32,920 nucleotides of DNA from Octopus bimaculoides. Taxonomy: Eukaryota. The DNA lies in the NCBI RefSeq assembly GCF_001194135.2, contig NC_068985.1, positions 111,436,487-111,469,406 on the forward strand, written 5' to 3'. The position numbers and the translations under genes were made by a program. Every line of letters starts with the position of its first letter. Within the stretch, counting starts at the first letter, position 1. Below are positions 32,879-32,920 of this stretch, one piece after another. The notes under the pieces were generated by a model. It worked only from the letters and a program-made list of their open reading frames with translations, had not been told where the DNA came from and searched no databases.

Positions 32879-32920
<42 letters not shown>

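Overview
Repeat-dense, gene-poor eukaryotic DNA with 8 N-gaps, each next to a microsatellite. The SINE families look like those of Octopus/coleoid cephalopods (recalled from memory, not checked by a search). No intact protein-coding gene is recognisable, and nearly all ORFs in the track are microsatellite, gap or SINE artefacts. The window is a mosaic of tRNA-derived SINEs (families A-H are my own labels), non-autonomous DNA transposons, and decayed Helitron Rep, Tigger/pogo and probably piggyBac coding remnants. Most interesting: (1) a type I hammerhead-ribozyme-like fold at 47-90 (-) inside a near-perfect palindrome whose other arm has lost its catalytic GAAA, which suggests Penelope-like origin; (2) three unrelated GG-terminal TIR element families that each carry a central telomere-like CCCTAA tract, two with exact 8-bp TSDs; (3) a D-arm-deleted tRNA-Ser(GCT) fused to an RTE-type 3' tail, resembling a proto-SINE; (4) SINE family B repeatedly arranged as head-to-tail arrays, often joined through (ATT)n tails; (5) a ~350-bp foldback element and nearby inverted SINE pairs that could form ADAR substrates. 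All alignments were done by eye.
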